DNA of 64,000 nt, from assembly GCA_040954595.2 (NCBI GenBank), contig CM082594.2:8253573-8317572 (forward strand), given 5' to 3'. A model generated the notes under the pieces. The model ran no database searches, was not told the DNA's origin, and saw only the letters and a list, made by a program, of their open reading frames with translations. The position numbers were made by a program, and so were the translations under genes. This DNA comes from Balanoglossus misakiensis (Eukaryota; Animalia; Hemichordata). Shown here one piece after another: positions 51,373-64,000 of this stretch. Positions within the stretch are counted from its first letter, which is position 1; each line of letters opens with the position of its first letter.

Positions 51373-54300
51373 TTAAAAGGCATAGCGCGTTCGGATATCT
51401 TCAAGCTTCTTTGAAACCTGTGAAATAATTATAAACGACAGTAACGATATTTGCAACAACAAAAAATGATCATATGACATGATGGCAACAATGGTGGACC
51501 TGTTTCACGAATCTTTTTTCCAAAACTCACTGACGCTAGAAAACAATTACTTGTCATACCTCGCTAGGATTTCTGTCCAACTCTTCTGCCACACTGCGTT
51601 GCCTCGCAGGATCCATGGAATTAAACTGCTCGCAAAGATCACCATCAATCACGTTCTGAGAAAACACAAAAAGACATTGTGCTCATAATTAGTTTGGTTG
51701 TTGAATCCCATTATTAAGAGGTGGGATGTAGTCGAGTGCCTTTGTGTACTGGCTTCAATGCTATGTGAATTTGGTATTGGAAAGTCATAAATTCAAATAC
51801 TACCAAGAATAAGCCTACTATATAATCAACATAAATTAATAGAATCCAAACTAGGTCACATGTTTGGGTTGTGAAACAACGCAACTCTCTATCAGCCATT
51901 ACAGAAACAGTAATCTTGGCAAATCTTGAAGCTCACCTTCAACGGGAAGAAGTATGACCTGAAGGAGAGATGATCCCTTCCACACAGCGGCGGGAACTCT
52001 GATCGGATGTGCATCTCCAAATGTTGAAAGAAATCATGGTCCTGAAACACAACAAAGTGTCTTGTTAAAAACATTACACATCTCATGGCATGACTGGAAG
52101 AGTTGGGAATGCGATATAATGCTGTCAATGACAATCACCCAAGCACTAGGATCTCTCACCTCATGTGATGTAAATGGCACAAGCATTCCTACGCTTCCCG
52201 ACAGCGTCGTATAAACCAACGACTCGGACCCACCAGGAATCAACGTAGCCTTCTGCAGGGAACACACTGTCTCACCGATGTGAAAGTTAGCGATGATGTC
52301 AGCCTTCTGAGATGCCCCATTCAGCAGACCCCTATCCCACAATGCTTTGTTGCCAGTGGGGTCCTCGTCGACGTCATCACTTATATTTGGAGGCATTCGT
52401 ATCTGAGAACGAGTGATAATTCATACACAAACTGGTCAGTCAGATTGCACAAACCTTTCCCTAGGGAGATTGGAGCTCAAGGAGTCTGAGGACCCTTTAA
52501 CAAACATGAATTTTTAACTAAAACTGCCCCCCCCCCAACAGAAATTGAAAAATACACACAAACAAGCCACTTACCACTGAAATATTTCCAAATTTGTCAG
52601 CAGCAGCCATTGTGTCGTAGTCAAGGGTACACGATGCAGTGATGTAGCGGGGATTTGTGTCGTCGGCGAAGATGATCATTTGATTCTCTTGGTGTTTATA
52701 CCTCAAAAAGTGGAAACTTTCCTGCACGTCGCTGACAACAATTCGACTCCCCATCACATTGATATTGACTATGAAGTTGGGGATGTGCTGTGGAAATAAT
52801 GCGATTTTATTTTTTACCGCGAAGGCCCAGTCTGCCGTTGGTCAGAATAGCTGACAAAATGAAGCTTCTAGGGCTGGATCTTCTAAAAACCGCTGAAAAC
52901 AATGGCTTCCTGGTTGTAAAATATTTTGACGCGCTTTCTAATTTCCCGCACAAGAAAAGCTGATTCTGTTGACGTCAAGCTCAACAGAATTCGTGGTAAT
53001 AACGAACTTGCCTACGGATGAATTTATGCAAATTAATCAAGGGATAATCAGACACCTAGGGATACCTAAATCCCCCGGTAGACTTGTAAAAACGTACCTT
53101 GTTTTCACATTTCCTCAGTAATTTCTTCTTGCCCATGTCATACAGCCGCAGTAATTTACCCACGCCGATTAGAACTCTGCCTTGGAATGGACAAATGGCT
53201 GACGGTACTTCATCTACAGAAGTCTGAAATCAACAAAGGAGAGAATACATTATTCAGCACTGCACACAAACACGTGTACTTTCCCCATGGGTAATATACA
53301 CCTCCACTGGTAAGACAGACCTTGACATTTGTGTCTCTGGATCATTAGTGAAAAGGCAACACCACTTCCTGTGGTAATCATCAAATGAGGGAGAACACGA
53401 CTCCCAAGACACTGCTAATGATGATACGGCAAATGATTTCCTGGTTACGCATCAACACAAAATCCCTTTTGCATGAAACCACGTTTTTATATTAATCCAG
53501 TAAATGACACACACCTTGTGTAAAAGCACGAGACTATCCTCGTCCTTCAGTTGATACGTGTAAATGTAGCCTTCTGTACAGTGTCTGGGATTCAGAGTCA
53601 TGTCCTTGCCGACTCCAACCAGGATAAACGTGTCGTCACCTCGGTTGGCAAACTTGCACATGGCAATACTGTGGATGAAAAGACAAGCATCTGTGTTACC
53701 ATACAATGGAAATATGTATTCGTGAAAATGCCGATTCTGAGATACCTATCACTTTCAGACATACAATTATAACAACACTGAATGAAACCAACTATGCCAT
53801 ACCAGAATGCAGCTTCGTTCTGTTCAAGATGTTCTATGTGCGTCGATTTGCCCGATATTGGATTCAGCACTCGGATGACAGACGCCCACATGCCAGTTCC
53901 TGCCTTGGGCGCCCCAAAGACGTCCTCGGGCAAGTTCTCGTTCATGAAGGCCGCCGCCATCTCCGCTGCCAGTTCCTGCTCTTCCTCACCGGCAGCTTCA
54001 ACCATTTCCTAAAAGGTCAAAGGTCAGAAACGTCAGTCATATCTATCAGGTGACACACCTGATATTTCAAGAACGAAAAGCAATGCTACGGAATCAAAGT
54101 ACAGTTGTTTCAATCCTACTTACTTCCGCCATCTGTTGCTTTCTTTGTGTTTTTGTGGCATCTGTGTATGCATTGTGGTCTGTTTCTATGACGACCAGTT
54201 TACTGCCCTCTTGGTGAACTACAAATTTTCTCGGCGTGTACTTGAGGGGGACAGAGACCTGATTGAAGACTGCTCCTAGCTTCTCCAGGGCTAAAATCCT

Positions 54301-57300
54301 ACAAGGTCAAAGACACACTCATGAGAATATCACAACAACAACATTCTTGAGTTCCTGAGGGATGAAAGGCTCTTCAACAAACTAAAGTTACAGAAAGAAC
54401 TTTGTACAGACCAAATCTAAGGAACTTCTGAATGAATTGATTTAACGTTTTACCTGAGAGTGTTTGTTGATATAGCCACGATACCCTCAGGACACTGCTC
54501 TGAGGCAAAACTTGATGCATACTCTAACGTTTCGTACGACAGAGGAGTCAGGTGGAATCTCGATTGGTACCAGTAGCTGAGCCAGGACCGACTTGACATG
54601 GCAAGCACCTGTAACACAACAACACGATCAGAAAATGTTATCTAATCTGACTACAGTACTCAATAAAAGCAACTGGCTGGTTCAATTTGTCACACAGAAT
54701 TCTGATGTGTCTCAAACTCTTTCACTAGTATTCTTTTGATGACAATAGGATTGAACTGAAGTATGACGAGGGTTCAAAAAGATATCTGCACTGTTGTCAC
54801 ACTTACAGCTTCATTGCCCTGCATTTTCACTCTGAACAACTTGACAGGTCTGGAACCCAAGTATCTTGTTCGGGTATCGGACAGATCGCCGGTGACTGGA
54901 TCCAACACGGTACGAAGAAGTACACCATTCTGAAATAAGAGAGTCATCAAGTGAGAAAAGGGGCTGGGGAAAAAGTGCACAGAAGTACAACATCACAACT
55001 TTCAATCACAGACCATCAACTTAATGACAGAACAACAGTGACTTCAGATTAAGGTCTAAAACACATAATCAGAGACTCCATGCATTACACTACCACACAA
55101 GTTTTTGCAATTACTTTACCTGTAATCCAATGTTGAGATAGAGAAGACCACTGACAGATTCCAAGATTCCAGTTTCAGCACTGGCCATTTCGACGATACA
55201 CAGCGATTCGGCCAACGCTGGCAACGCTTGCATACTCAGGGGCTGTAAGCAATCCTGCGGAGTAACAAATAACATGCGTCATCTCTCTAGTTTTGTGTCA
55301 GTGTTTGATACTTGAGCTTAAAGGTCTGGGGGTCATGTACTTGAGGTTAAAATTCTTCACATGTTTATGGAGTTACTTACTGAAGGATCCAATGAAATGA
55401 TTCGGACAGTGTTGTCGGCCAAACCGACAGCCAAGAACCGTGACCTCTGTTCGCCTGATGGAACACTGGCTAAACTCATACACTGGACATCAGCTGACAT
55501 TTCTTTACGCTCTGTATATTCATTCAACTGACCAGCCTGCAATTGGTAAGGGATGAATGACAAAGTAAGTGTTAGTTGTGTTGATGTGTGGGGCATGCAA
55601 AAAACTTGTAAGATGGAAATCTTGATAAACATAGTATATTATATTTCTGTGGGAGAAAGACGATAATAGAAGAGGAATGAGAAACTTACTGGATCCATTT
55701 CAAAATAGACAAGTTCTCCACCAGTCAGTGCTATTACAACCTGGAAGCGGAAACAAACCATGAAAATGTAAAGTTTACTAAAATACGTGTCAGAGGTATC
55801 GATGAGACTGTCCATTTAATATGAACGTGGATCAGTTGGTTAGAGATAATCACAGCGATTCAGTTGAAACACGGATTAAAAGTAACATCATTTCCACTGA
55901 CATCATATTAGATGTATCACTTATTTCTGCCATGTACATGTCTAATGTTTATTTGGATAAATGGCTAGACATGACCACTTTACCTGTCTCTGATTGACGG
56001 CACACTTCACAATACTCTTCTTCCCGGGCGTTCTCCATTCATTGACACGCTTGTCGGCACGGATGTGACGGATGCCCTCCGGATAAATCTGACGGAAGGA
56101 AACCAAGCACCGGATTACAAAGACATCTCAAGGGTAAATCCTAGGTTCTACGTTGCCAGACTAATCGTCTCAGGTTGATCAGATGATCTCAGTGTATAGT
56201 CACAGAGTTTCAGATGAAACACGGATGAGTTGAGTTACACATCATGTCAACCACTTTCAAACTCTGTGCGCTCAGTTATCAGTCATTAAAAGTTACCATT
56301 GATGAATGTTGTGTATTAGCATTTGGCATGGCATTCATAGCTGTGGCGACATCACATGGAAATCTCAACATACCTGAAGTAAAGCATCATCGCCGATCAA
56401 GGAACACGACAAAGTCGGCGTGGTACCAAGGAAACCAGAATCTGTCACTTCCTCCACAGTTTCTCCGATGGACAATACCAAGGTGGCATTGACGAAAGAC
56501 ACAATGATATAGGCATCAAACTCCTCTGGAATGACAGAAAATTATACATTGTAATTTTTCTCATAAATATCAAGCAAGAAATGACATGTATGAGTTCCAT
56601 CAAATCACGGCTGCTTTTCCCACGAAACTGATAAATGCTCAAAAGTATAGAGAGATGAGCTAACATGACTTGTGCAGTGTCTTTTTGGTCTTGTTTGCTT
56701 ACCTTCCACAGCTTTCCTGACAGTCCATACAGCATTAGGATTACCGGGAAGCTCTGACACAGCCATTTCAGATACCTATAACATCAGAACATATTGAGTA
56801 AGGGTGAGATACACAAAGTACGTATGAGTCCATATTACTGCATTCACCAGAAGTCTTAAGACTCAATGAGCGAAGCATTTCAAAGAAAGGTGACTTACTT
56901 CCAGACCGTGTCTTAGAATTCTCATTGATGACCTTGGTCCTCTTCCACATGCAGTGTACAGCTGTGGTGTGTCTTCATTGGCCAAATCAGCAATCTGTGT
57001 GGCAGATATATATTTCTCGAGTTGAAATGATTTCAATACATACATGACCTCTAAACCCAACAATACTAGAAACTTCCTACATGTATTTGTCAAATAAAAT
57101 ATTTATTCAATATCTCACCTGACAAGACAGGATAGGTGATAAACTTTCCATCTCATCCACAAGGACCAGATTTTTCAGAGGTCTCGGCGCAAAGAAGAAT
57201 GTGTCTCCCTCCTCCAGGGGCATGGCGCTGCTGAATTCTGGTTCTTCATCATCATCACCAAGATGGGCGATCTGATAGAGAACACTGTCATGGGGAAAAA

Positions 57301-59415
57301 ATGGATGAGAGTGATTTCAGGGTGTCTCTTGTAAAATGTACATTACGATCAGAAACCAAGAGATGATTCCAAGACTGACTGTTTTGAATTGGATATTTGG
57401 CAATGCAAAAATACTGAGAGCAGATGAGGCGAAACTTACTGGTTACCAAACTCTGCAGCCACATACAAGAACCCAGTCTTGAGAACCGACAGAGATGTTG
57501 CCACGGGCACTGTGTCAAAGTACTTCATCCGTATTTCTGTCACCATGTCTTCATCTGTCTCCAAGGTGATTTTGAAAATATCTCCTTGCTCGGTTTGCGT
57601 TAAAAAGAAAAACATGGACTGTCGAGTAGGAGAAGAAAAACAAAGGCAGACTTTAGACAAAATGCATCAAGGTTTCATCTTCAGACAAACCAAAATCAGA
57701 CACCAACATCATACCATGGTAACATGCATTGTTACTCCTCATTCAGCATTTGCCTATTGAATATCCAAGAAATCATATTCTGTCTACTTACCTTTGTCTT
57801 GTGAGTTGCACTGCATACAAATATCATACCTCTCTCTGGATCATCAAGGTCATTCTGTCAAAATTAAACGTACAAGTAGAAAGAAAGTGTCACATTTTCA
57901 CATAAAGATGTATGTCTTGTCAATGAACAAGAAAGGGTGAAATCAACTCAGGGAAAATACTCTGTCAAATATACAACTCACTCTTCTCCTTGGGATAGGC
58001 ATCCTGATGTCTGGCTGATCACCAAAGTTTTTGTACGTGATGTAGTTTTCTGAGCAGATGAGAACTCCACTGGGTCCTTCATTGCCACCCGGGACTGCGA
58101 ATGAGAAACATCAATGTTATTAGACTCTCTTATATCGAGTAATGATTGAGAGGACAGACATGCAATTGCGGTACTAATATACATTGAGAGAGGGGCCACA
58201 GGAAATCAACTGTAAATTAAAGGAACTAACCTGCTATGAGAAAGTTTCCGTGCTCTTCCACGGGTTCGCTGTATTTTCTGACGACGTGATTCAGACCGAG
58301 GTCGAGCTCATAAAATGTCAACATCTGTTGTGTGTTCTGAACTGCCTCTCCTATCGGATCACTGTCTGCTTCCTGGAAACAAAACACTTGTCCTATTATC
58401 ACTTGTAAACACGATAGTAGCAATCATCACTATGGCAGGATAGATTTCAGAAAGTTTCTGCTTTGAAGCAGGGTCTTCAGAATCATCTTACCTCATAGTC
58501 CACTTCCAGACATGCGAAGCAGGGATTTTCAAACCCAACATCAATGCCCACCATGTGGTAACAGAACGTGCTGGATTTGTGCGCTTCTAACGGCGATGAG
58601 ATTGTCAACCTGGCCTGCGCGTCTCTGTTCAAGATATACACCAGTTTCTGTTTCTCCACTGAACCGATCATCACAGCACGGCCTTTCGGGTCGACGGCCA
58701 AGAACTGGCCGGGCACAATACGTCTGCATCCACTCTTGCCAAACGTCTCTTGGTGAATCTGTGATTTTACGCAAAAACGGTATTTATATAAAGCTTAAAA
58801 ATAGCAAGCACCATAGTTTTTAGCAAGCACCGAAGAACCTCTCTGAAGCCAGGATGCAACAGAAAACAGTTTTTCTTACCTTTTCAAACATGTTCTTGGA
58901 CGGGATGTATTCTAAAATCACAATTCTTCCAGAATCAGATCCAACTATGATGTAATCTGAGGTCAGGGTAAGAACAACGTATGATCAGAATCACTTCACT
59001 GCACACAGGATATTAGTTGTTAACTAATGTACCAGTACTCAAACCATTCTCTAGATTTCATGTCACCGGCAAAGGATCTTTTATTTTTGATATCCCAAGT
59101 TCTATATTTAGTTGTTGTCTGAAAGATTTGACTTTCACGAAGCGCCCTCAAGTAACGGATCTTTCATCCTACAAGTTTGTATGCCTCACCTTTAGTTCCT
59201 CCAGTCAGTCTGAACGCGACCAGGGATCTGATGACTCCGAATATCTCTTGCGTGAGGATGGTGTAGATTTTGCCGGTGTTGGCATCTGGACGTAGGATCT
59301 CCAGGATTTTCCCCCTGGACACGACCAGTTCCTGTTGTTTGGTGCCGCTGAAGTTGCCATAGATGACATGGGTGATGCCCGTGGCACGCTGCAATGTCAG
59401 TGCATACAGAAACAT
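51373..59415 (-). CDS. SF3B3: Splicing factor 3B subunit 3 (SAP130), about 26 coding exons
   Basis: Starts [29 protein letters not shown]; [103 protein letters not shown]; ends [12 protein letters not shown] at 51373. Donor of a non-coding first exon near 59919. Confidence 0.97.
55827..55897 (-). ncRNA. Intronic box C/D snoRNA, SNORD126-like, copy 1
   Basis: Sense strand: GTGGA-A-ATGATGT (C) ... TCCGTGTTTCAA-CTGA (D') ... GTGATTA (C') ... CTGA (D)-TCCAC, with a 5-bp terminal stem. The guide is antisense to the conserved 28S rRNA sequence TTGAAACACGGA. 3' end lies about 85 nt upstream of the SF3B3 acceptor. Confidence 0.8.
56173..56252 (-). ncRNA. Intronic box C/D snoRNA, SNORD126-like, copy 2
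   Basis: Sense strand: GGTTGA-C-ATGATGT (C) ... TCCGTGTTTCAT-CTGA (D') ... GTGACTA (C') ... CTGA (D)-TCAACC, with a 6-bp terminal stem. Same guide as copy 1; about 85 nt upstream of the acceptor in the adjacent intron. Confidence 0.8.
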
Positions 59416-59919
59416 CTTGTACGCTTTGATCAACACTGAAACCAAAGATCAGACATATGAATGAAAGTGGTGTATGCTTTAGCAAAATGATCAGAACCAG
59501 AATTCAGATCATGCATTCTACCCATGCATCATTGCATGAGCTTCATAGTCACTGTAGAGTTTCTACACGTCATAAATGACACCAAGGAGGGTGCTATTAC
59601 CTTATTTGTACAATATGCTACCGATCAAAACAGATAGCAATGCTAAAATGAATGCTTTCATAAAGAGGAGGCCGGGAAACAATGAAAGAATACTTCGATC
59701 ACCAAGAATCGACTGTCGTCCATTCGTTTTGTGTACGTCTGAAGTTGTAAACAATCATACACGTGACTGAATATGGGGGCTTTTGCATACTACATGAGAA
59801 ATAACATAAACATATTCCTACAGCCTGCACCCTCGTTTCAATATCATTGTAATACTTTATATTAAAGCCGCCTGAAATCAAGGATGTCTTCAGATAAAGA
59901 GGATTTTATTGTCACTTAC

Positions 59920-60182
59920 CTTCTGACTTGACACAGGGTACACAAGATGGCGTCTGCAGCAGACCCCTTAGGAATGCGATTATTTTACTTTAAAATCAAG
60001 AACAGAAACTCCGAGAATGATTACAATGGCTGCAGAAATAGTAACGACAATAAAACTACTAAACATAGAAATGTTTTCAGTATCAATCAAATAAGCTTGC
60101 AAGAAATTATATTAGAACATATGCATTGCGACAAATTTTCATATAGCTAGGTATGCTTCTGAGAGGTCAAATGTGTGTCAAA
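59920..60182. promoter_or_regulatory. Bidirectional promoter for SF3B3 and COG4, including the SF3B3 non-coding exon 1
   Basis: Minus-strand donor AAG|GTAAGT near 59919, YY1-like AAGATGGCG at 59944, COG4 ATG at 60183. Confidence 0.7.
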
Positions 60183-63100
60183 ATGGCTGCCGCCACGTCT
60201 GCTGAAGACGTGGAATATTTAACCGATTTGGACCAAATGCAAATTGCTCTTGATAAATTATCTGTCGAAGAGGTAAGTTTGACATAAAAGTGAAGGCTGC
60301 CTGGCCAAAAATACCCACTTCTTGCATATGATCGAATACCACTGACATAACACTGTATGTAAGTACCAGTGGCAGTGGTGAAGGCAGTGTGTATACTGTA
60401 TACACACAATACAGTTTTCCGGAAATGTTTTCATTTACTAGTAATTGCCGATCTTATCTAAAAACAATAAGCACAGGGTACCACTTCAGTATCTTGACGT
60501 TTTTCTGGCTATACTGAATGATCTGAAAAGTGGGCGTGGTCATCTGTCAACACTATACTGACCCCTGCTTTCAGTCATCATACATTTGTATCCATTTCAG
60601 AGAATGTGTACATTGAGCAACATTGGAGAACCCTAATGTATTGGCATATATGCTTTCCATGATATGTCAGTTCAGTTTGTCCCGAAGAATGCATTGCTTA
60701 CACAATCTTATATAGTGAAAGTGACCAACGTAAATAAAAGGGACAAACTAGAACATTTCTTTGCTTTTGTTGGTAGGATGCAATAACAGAAGAGGTGGAT
60801 GCTTTGCTGGACAACCAAGTGTCTTTGGAGAGTAAAATGAGTACTCTGTACAGAATGGCGTAAGTGTCTTCCTTGTGTTCAATGCTGTCTGACATCCTCA
60901 TGTTTGTTGTTCTGGTCATTATTTAAAAAATGGCTAACTGTTGATACAGAAAACAATACCTGGCTTCTGGTGAGCTATGTATACCAGAAGCCAGTTACTC
61001 GTTGCATTGTTAGTACAAGCCACAGTCGCCATCTGACACCAGAATGAATTAATTATCAATGGGCAATATGGTGTCCCTCATATGTCAGATAATACCTGTC
61101 ACACATTGGCCATTCATCACAATAATTATGTTACCCAAATCTCTGTTTATTTTTCTTGTTTGCAGTCCAAATCTACAGCTCGTTCATTCTGATGCCAAAC
61201 AGTTGGATAGTATGATATCATTCACATGTAATCTGGCTGAAAATGTTAGTAGCAAAGTCAGGCAGTTGGATTTGGCAAAGGTAAGCAATGTCCTTGAAAT
61301 AGAAATACATGGTGAATAATACCTATATCAGTCATTGGTTCTGTTGCGTGTGTGTGTGCACATATGAAAGCCAGATAAGAAGATTAATAATAGAATTGTA
61401 CAAAAGCTAAAATAAATGTCCGACAACACTGATGGTAAAATCTAATCTTGTTTAATGCTTTTATATTTGTGTTTTGGCATTTCAGAGTCGAGTGCAGAAA
61501 GCTATTGACAGGGTTGATGATGTTTTAGATTTGAAGGTAAGATACTGAACAGTTGTTGCCTTGATATGGAATTAGAAACAAGTTATAGATTGTAATCTGT
61601 TTTTTTTTTTCCTTTCTGCCAGTTTTGTACAGATGGGGTACAAACTGCATTACAAGACGAAGACTACGAGAAAGCTGCAGCACATGTCCATAGGTATTTG
61701 TCATTAGATGAAAATGTACTGAAACAAGTCACACCAGATTCTAAAGAAGGTGAGTGTAATTTCTTTGTTGCCTGGGTTGATTACCATGTTGTCAACTTTT
61801 TTGTCATAGCAGAAAGATTCATATCACCCTTGAAATAACACAAATTTCATCCATTACAGACAGTGGACTTGATGCCTCGTTACGACTCCTTCACGAAGCG
61901 GAGAAGGCACTAAAACAGATAGTCCACCAGAGATTCGACGAATCAGTGAGAACTGGAGACTTGGCGTCGGTGGAGAGATTTTTCAAAATATTCCCTTTGA
62001 TCGGGTTGCACGATGAAGGCCTGTCAAAGTTTTCATCGTATCTACGTACACAGGTAAGTGAGGAGCAGTCTGTACCACCAGTAAATGTGACACATTACAG
62101 ACAAATAGTTTATTGCTGTAGGTTCTTGAGTGACATCATCATGTATTCTCATTATAGATAGCAAACACAGCCAAACAGAACCTAGAGATTGCCCTGGGTA
62201 CGGACACCAATGATAGGAGAGCGAATGTCATCTACGCTGACACCATCACTCTACTGTTTGAAGGCATCGCTAGAATAGTGGAAATACATCAACCACTTAT
62301 AGAAACATATTATGGTAAGATCACTTTTATGTTCCAAAGTAGACACATTTAAACTCTTACAACAGAAGGTTATTGCAGTTTGTTCAACCATCACCCCACC
62401 TCTGTACTCACAGGACCCGGTAGAATGTTCTCAATGATGTCAGCGCTTCAGAAAGAATGCGACATTCAAGCCAAGAAGATCACCGACGCTTTCATCAAGA
62501 ACCGACAGTTTGACAGCAAATCCCAGTTAGTCCAGCAGAGTATGATGATGGCTTATAAGACAAGCAGCAGTAATCCCCAAGACAAGTGAGTAGTTGATTT
62601 TTTTATCACTGTCTTTAGTACTAAAATAGGATGACACTGTTGAAATCAGGCTGGGGGCACCCGACTGGTGTGAGGCGCCCTCTTGAGTTCATAATGGAAG
62701 CTTGTTTTGTTTATTTTTTTTTAACAATGAGCAAATGGCATTTGTGTGTTTGAGATTAACTTTAAGACGAAGCAATCCTGTGCAACCAAATCTGACTTTT
62801 CTCTCCTCAGGTTAGACCCGAGGGACTTGGATGTTATGTTGGCAGAAGTAACCTTGTTGAATGCTAGAACGGAACTCTATCTCAGGTTCTTCAAGAGAAG
62901 AGTAACGGTGAGTATCCATGGCAACCACTTCATCTTTCTTTGTGTACTTTGCGAAAGAATTCTGTGGTTTCCAAAGGTTCTCAAATGAGAAACATTTCTC
63001 ACGTATGAGGATTTTTCCACTTGCAGTCTGATATAGAGATACTGGACATCGATGAAGAACAAAAACATAAGAAGTTTGACGAATTGGACAAAATTACGGC

Positions 63101-64000
63101 AAACTGTGAACTTAGTCGTCGCATGCAGGAGTTGATCGGCAATTACATTATGATGGAAGAGTACTTCATGAGAGAAAGTGTAGTTAAGGTGAGTGCAAGG
63201 TCAGAGAGCAATCCAATGGCTGCTGAAAATAAACAATAGGCATGTATGTCTTTGACAAGATCTGTGCTTGTTTTTGATAGTGTAGCTACAAGATGTAACG
63301 AATCACGCATGTTGATCAAAGTGATTGCAAATCATTCTGTTATTTTCAGGCAATAAAATTAGATGCAATAGAACCGGGATCGCAGACATCAAGTATGGTG
63401 GATGATTCATTCTTCATTGTCAAGAAATGTGTCCGGTAAGTCACACGGACTGTGTATCAAAGTAGATGTGTGAGACAGAGTTTGCTGTGGTATGTGAATA
63501 GAGTCCCTAGCCTCTGAAAAATCTTCACAAGTCCGAGAATTAATTGGAAGACAAAGAAAAGAAAGTTTTGTTGTAGATAAGTTTGGATACCAGTTCTGCT
63601 ACTCATGCTGTTGTTTCTCTGTTTTCGAAACAGGAGAGCAATTTCAAGTTCCAGTGTGGACGGCGTATGTGCAATGTTGAACCACGCTCGTACTCTGTTA
63701 GAGTCGGACTTCAGGGACGTGCTCTACACCAAGTTCAAGGCCGGTTTCCCATCAGGGACGCTGGATATGACGCAGGCATACAACTTCTTACAACAGGGAA
63801 AACTGCCCACGTCTGCAGCTGACTCAACGGCCATTAGGGCCGCATTCTTGGTAAGTTATGAACTACAAACAGAAAATTGAAAAGTCAAAAATGGAGCCTG
63901 ATGAATATGACTTTTTTCTCCTGTCTACTCTATTCATCAAGTTATGTATGATATAGGAATAATGATTAATGAAAATATAATTTGCCTTCTTGCAGACCAC
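60183..64000 (+). CDS. COG4: Conserved oligomeric Golgi complex subunit 4, 5' part; runs off the right edge
   Basis: [164 protein letters not shown]; consistent GT-AG exons. Confidence 0.95.

Noticed and set aside
57680-57780. C/D-like motifs in an SF3B3 intron with a short match to 18S (GGCAAATGC)
   Set aside because: Degenerate C box, match of only 8-9 nt, no clean stem.
60960-60994. 12-bp stem hairpin in a COG4 intron (similar small stems at ~52963-52990 and ~54045-54064)
   Set aside because: Too short to assign; probably chance palindromes or repeat debris.

Overview
Eukaryotic genomic DNA from an invertebrate animal: AT-rich, mostly short GT-AG introns, gene-dense; the taxon cannot be fixed from sequence alone. 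Gene order: 5' part of ACIN1/Acinus (-), head-to-head with VPS9D1 (+); ZNFX1 helicase with one coding exon (+); a DNase I-family gene (-) with duplicated alternative last exons; a ~2.1 kb foldback-type inverted-repeat element; SNRK kinase (-) with a 12 kb first intron containing a TTAA-flanked MITE; SF3B3 (-), which carries two intronic box C/D snoRNAs, head-to-head with COG4 (+, runs off the window). The most interesting segment is 11.4-25 kb. ZNFX1 there has a cluster of IRF, NF-kB and AP-1 motifs upstream and converges on a secreted DNase I. That DNase's catalytic domain can be spliced in frame to either of two paralogous ~130-aa domains I do not recognise, one soluble and one ending in a GPI/membrane-anchor-like tail. 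Also seen: a U12 minor intron in VPS9D1, and a ~60-bp module shared by two otherwise unrelated inverted-repeat elements. Exon boundaries were read by eye and may be off by a few bases; homology calls rest on recalled family motifs, not database searches.
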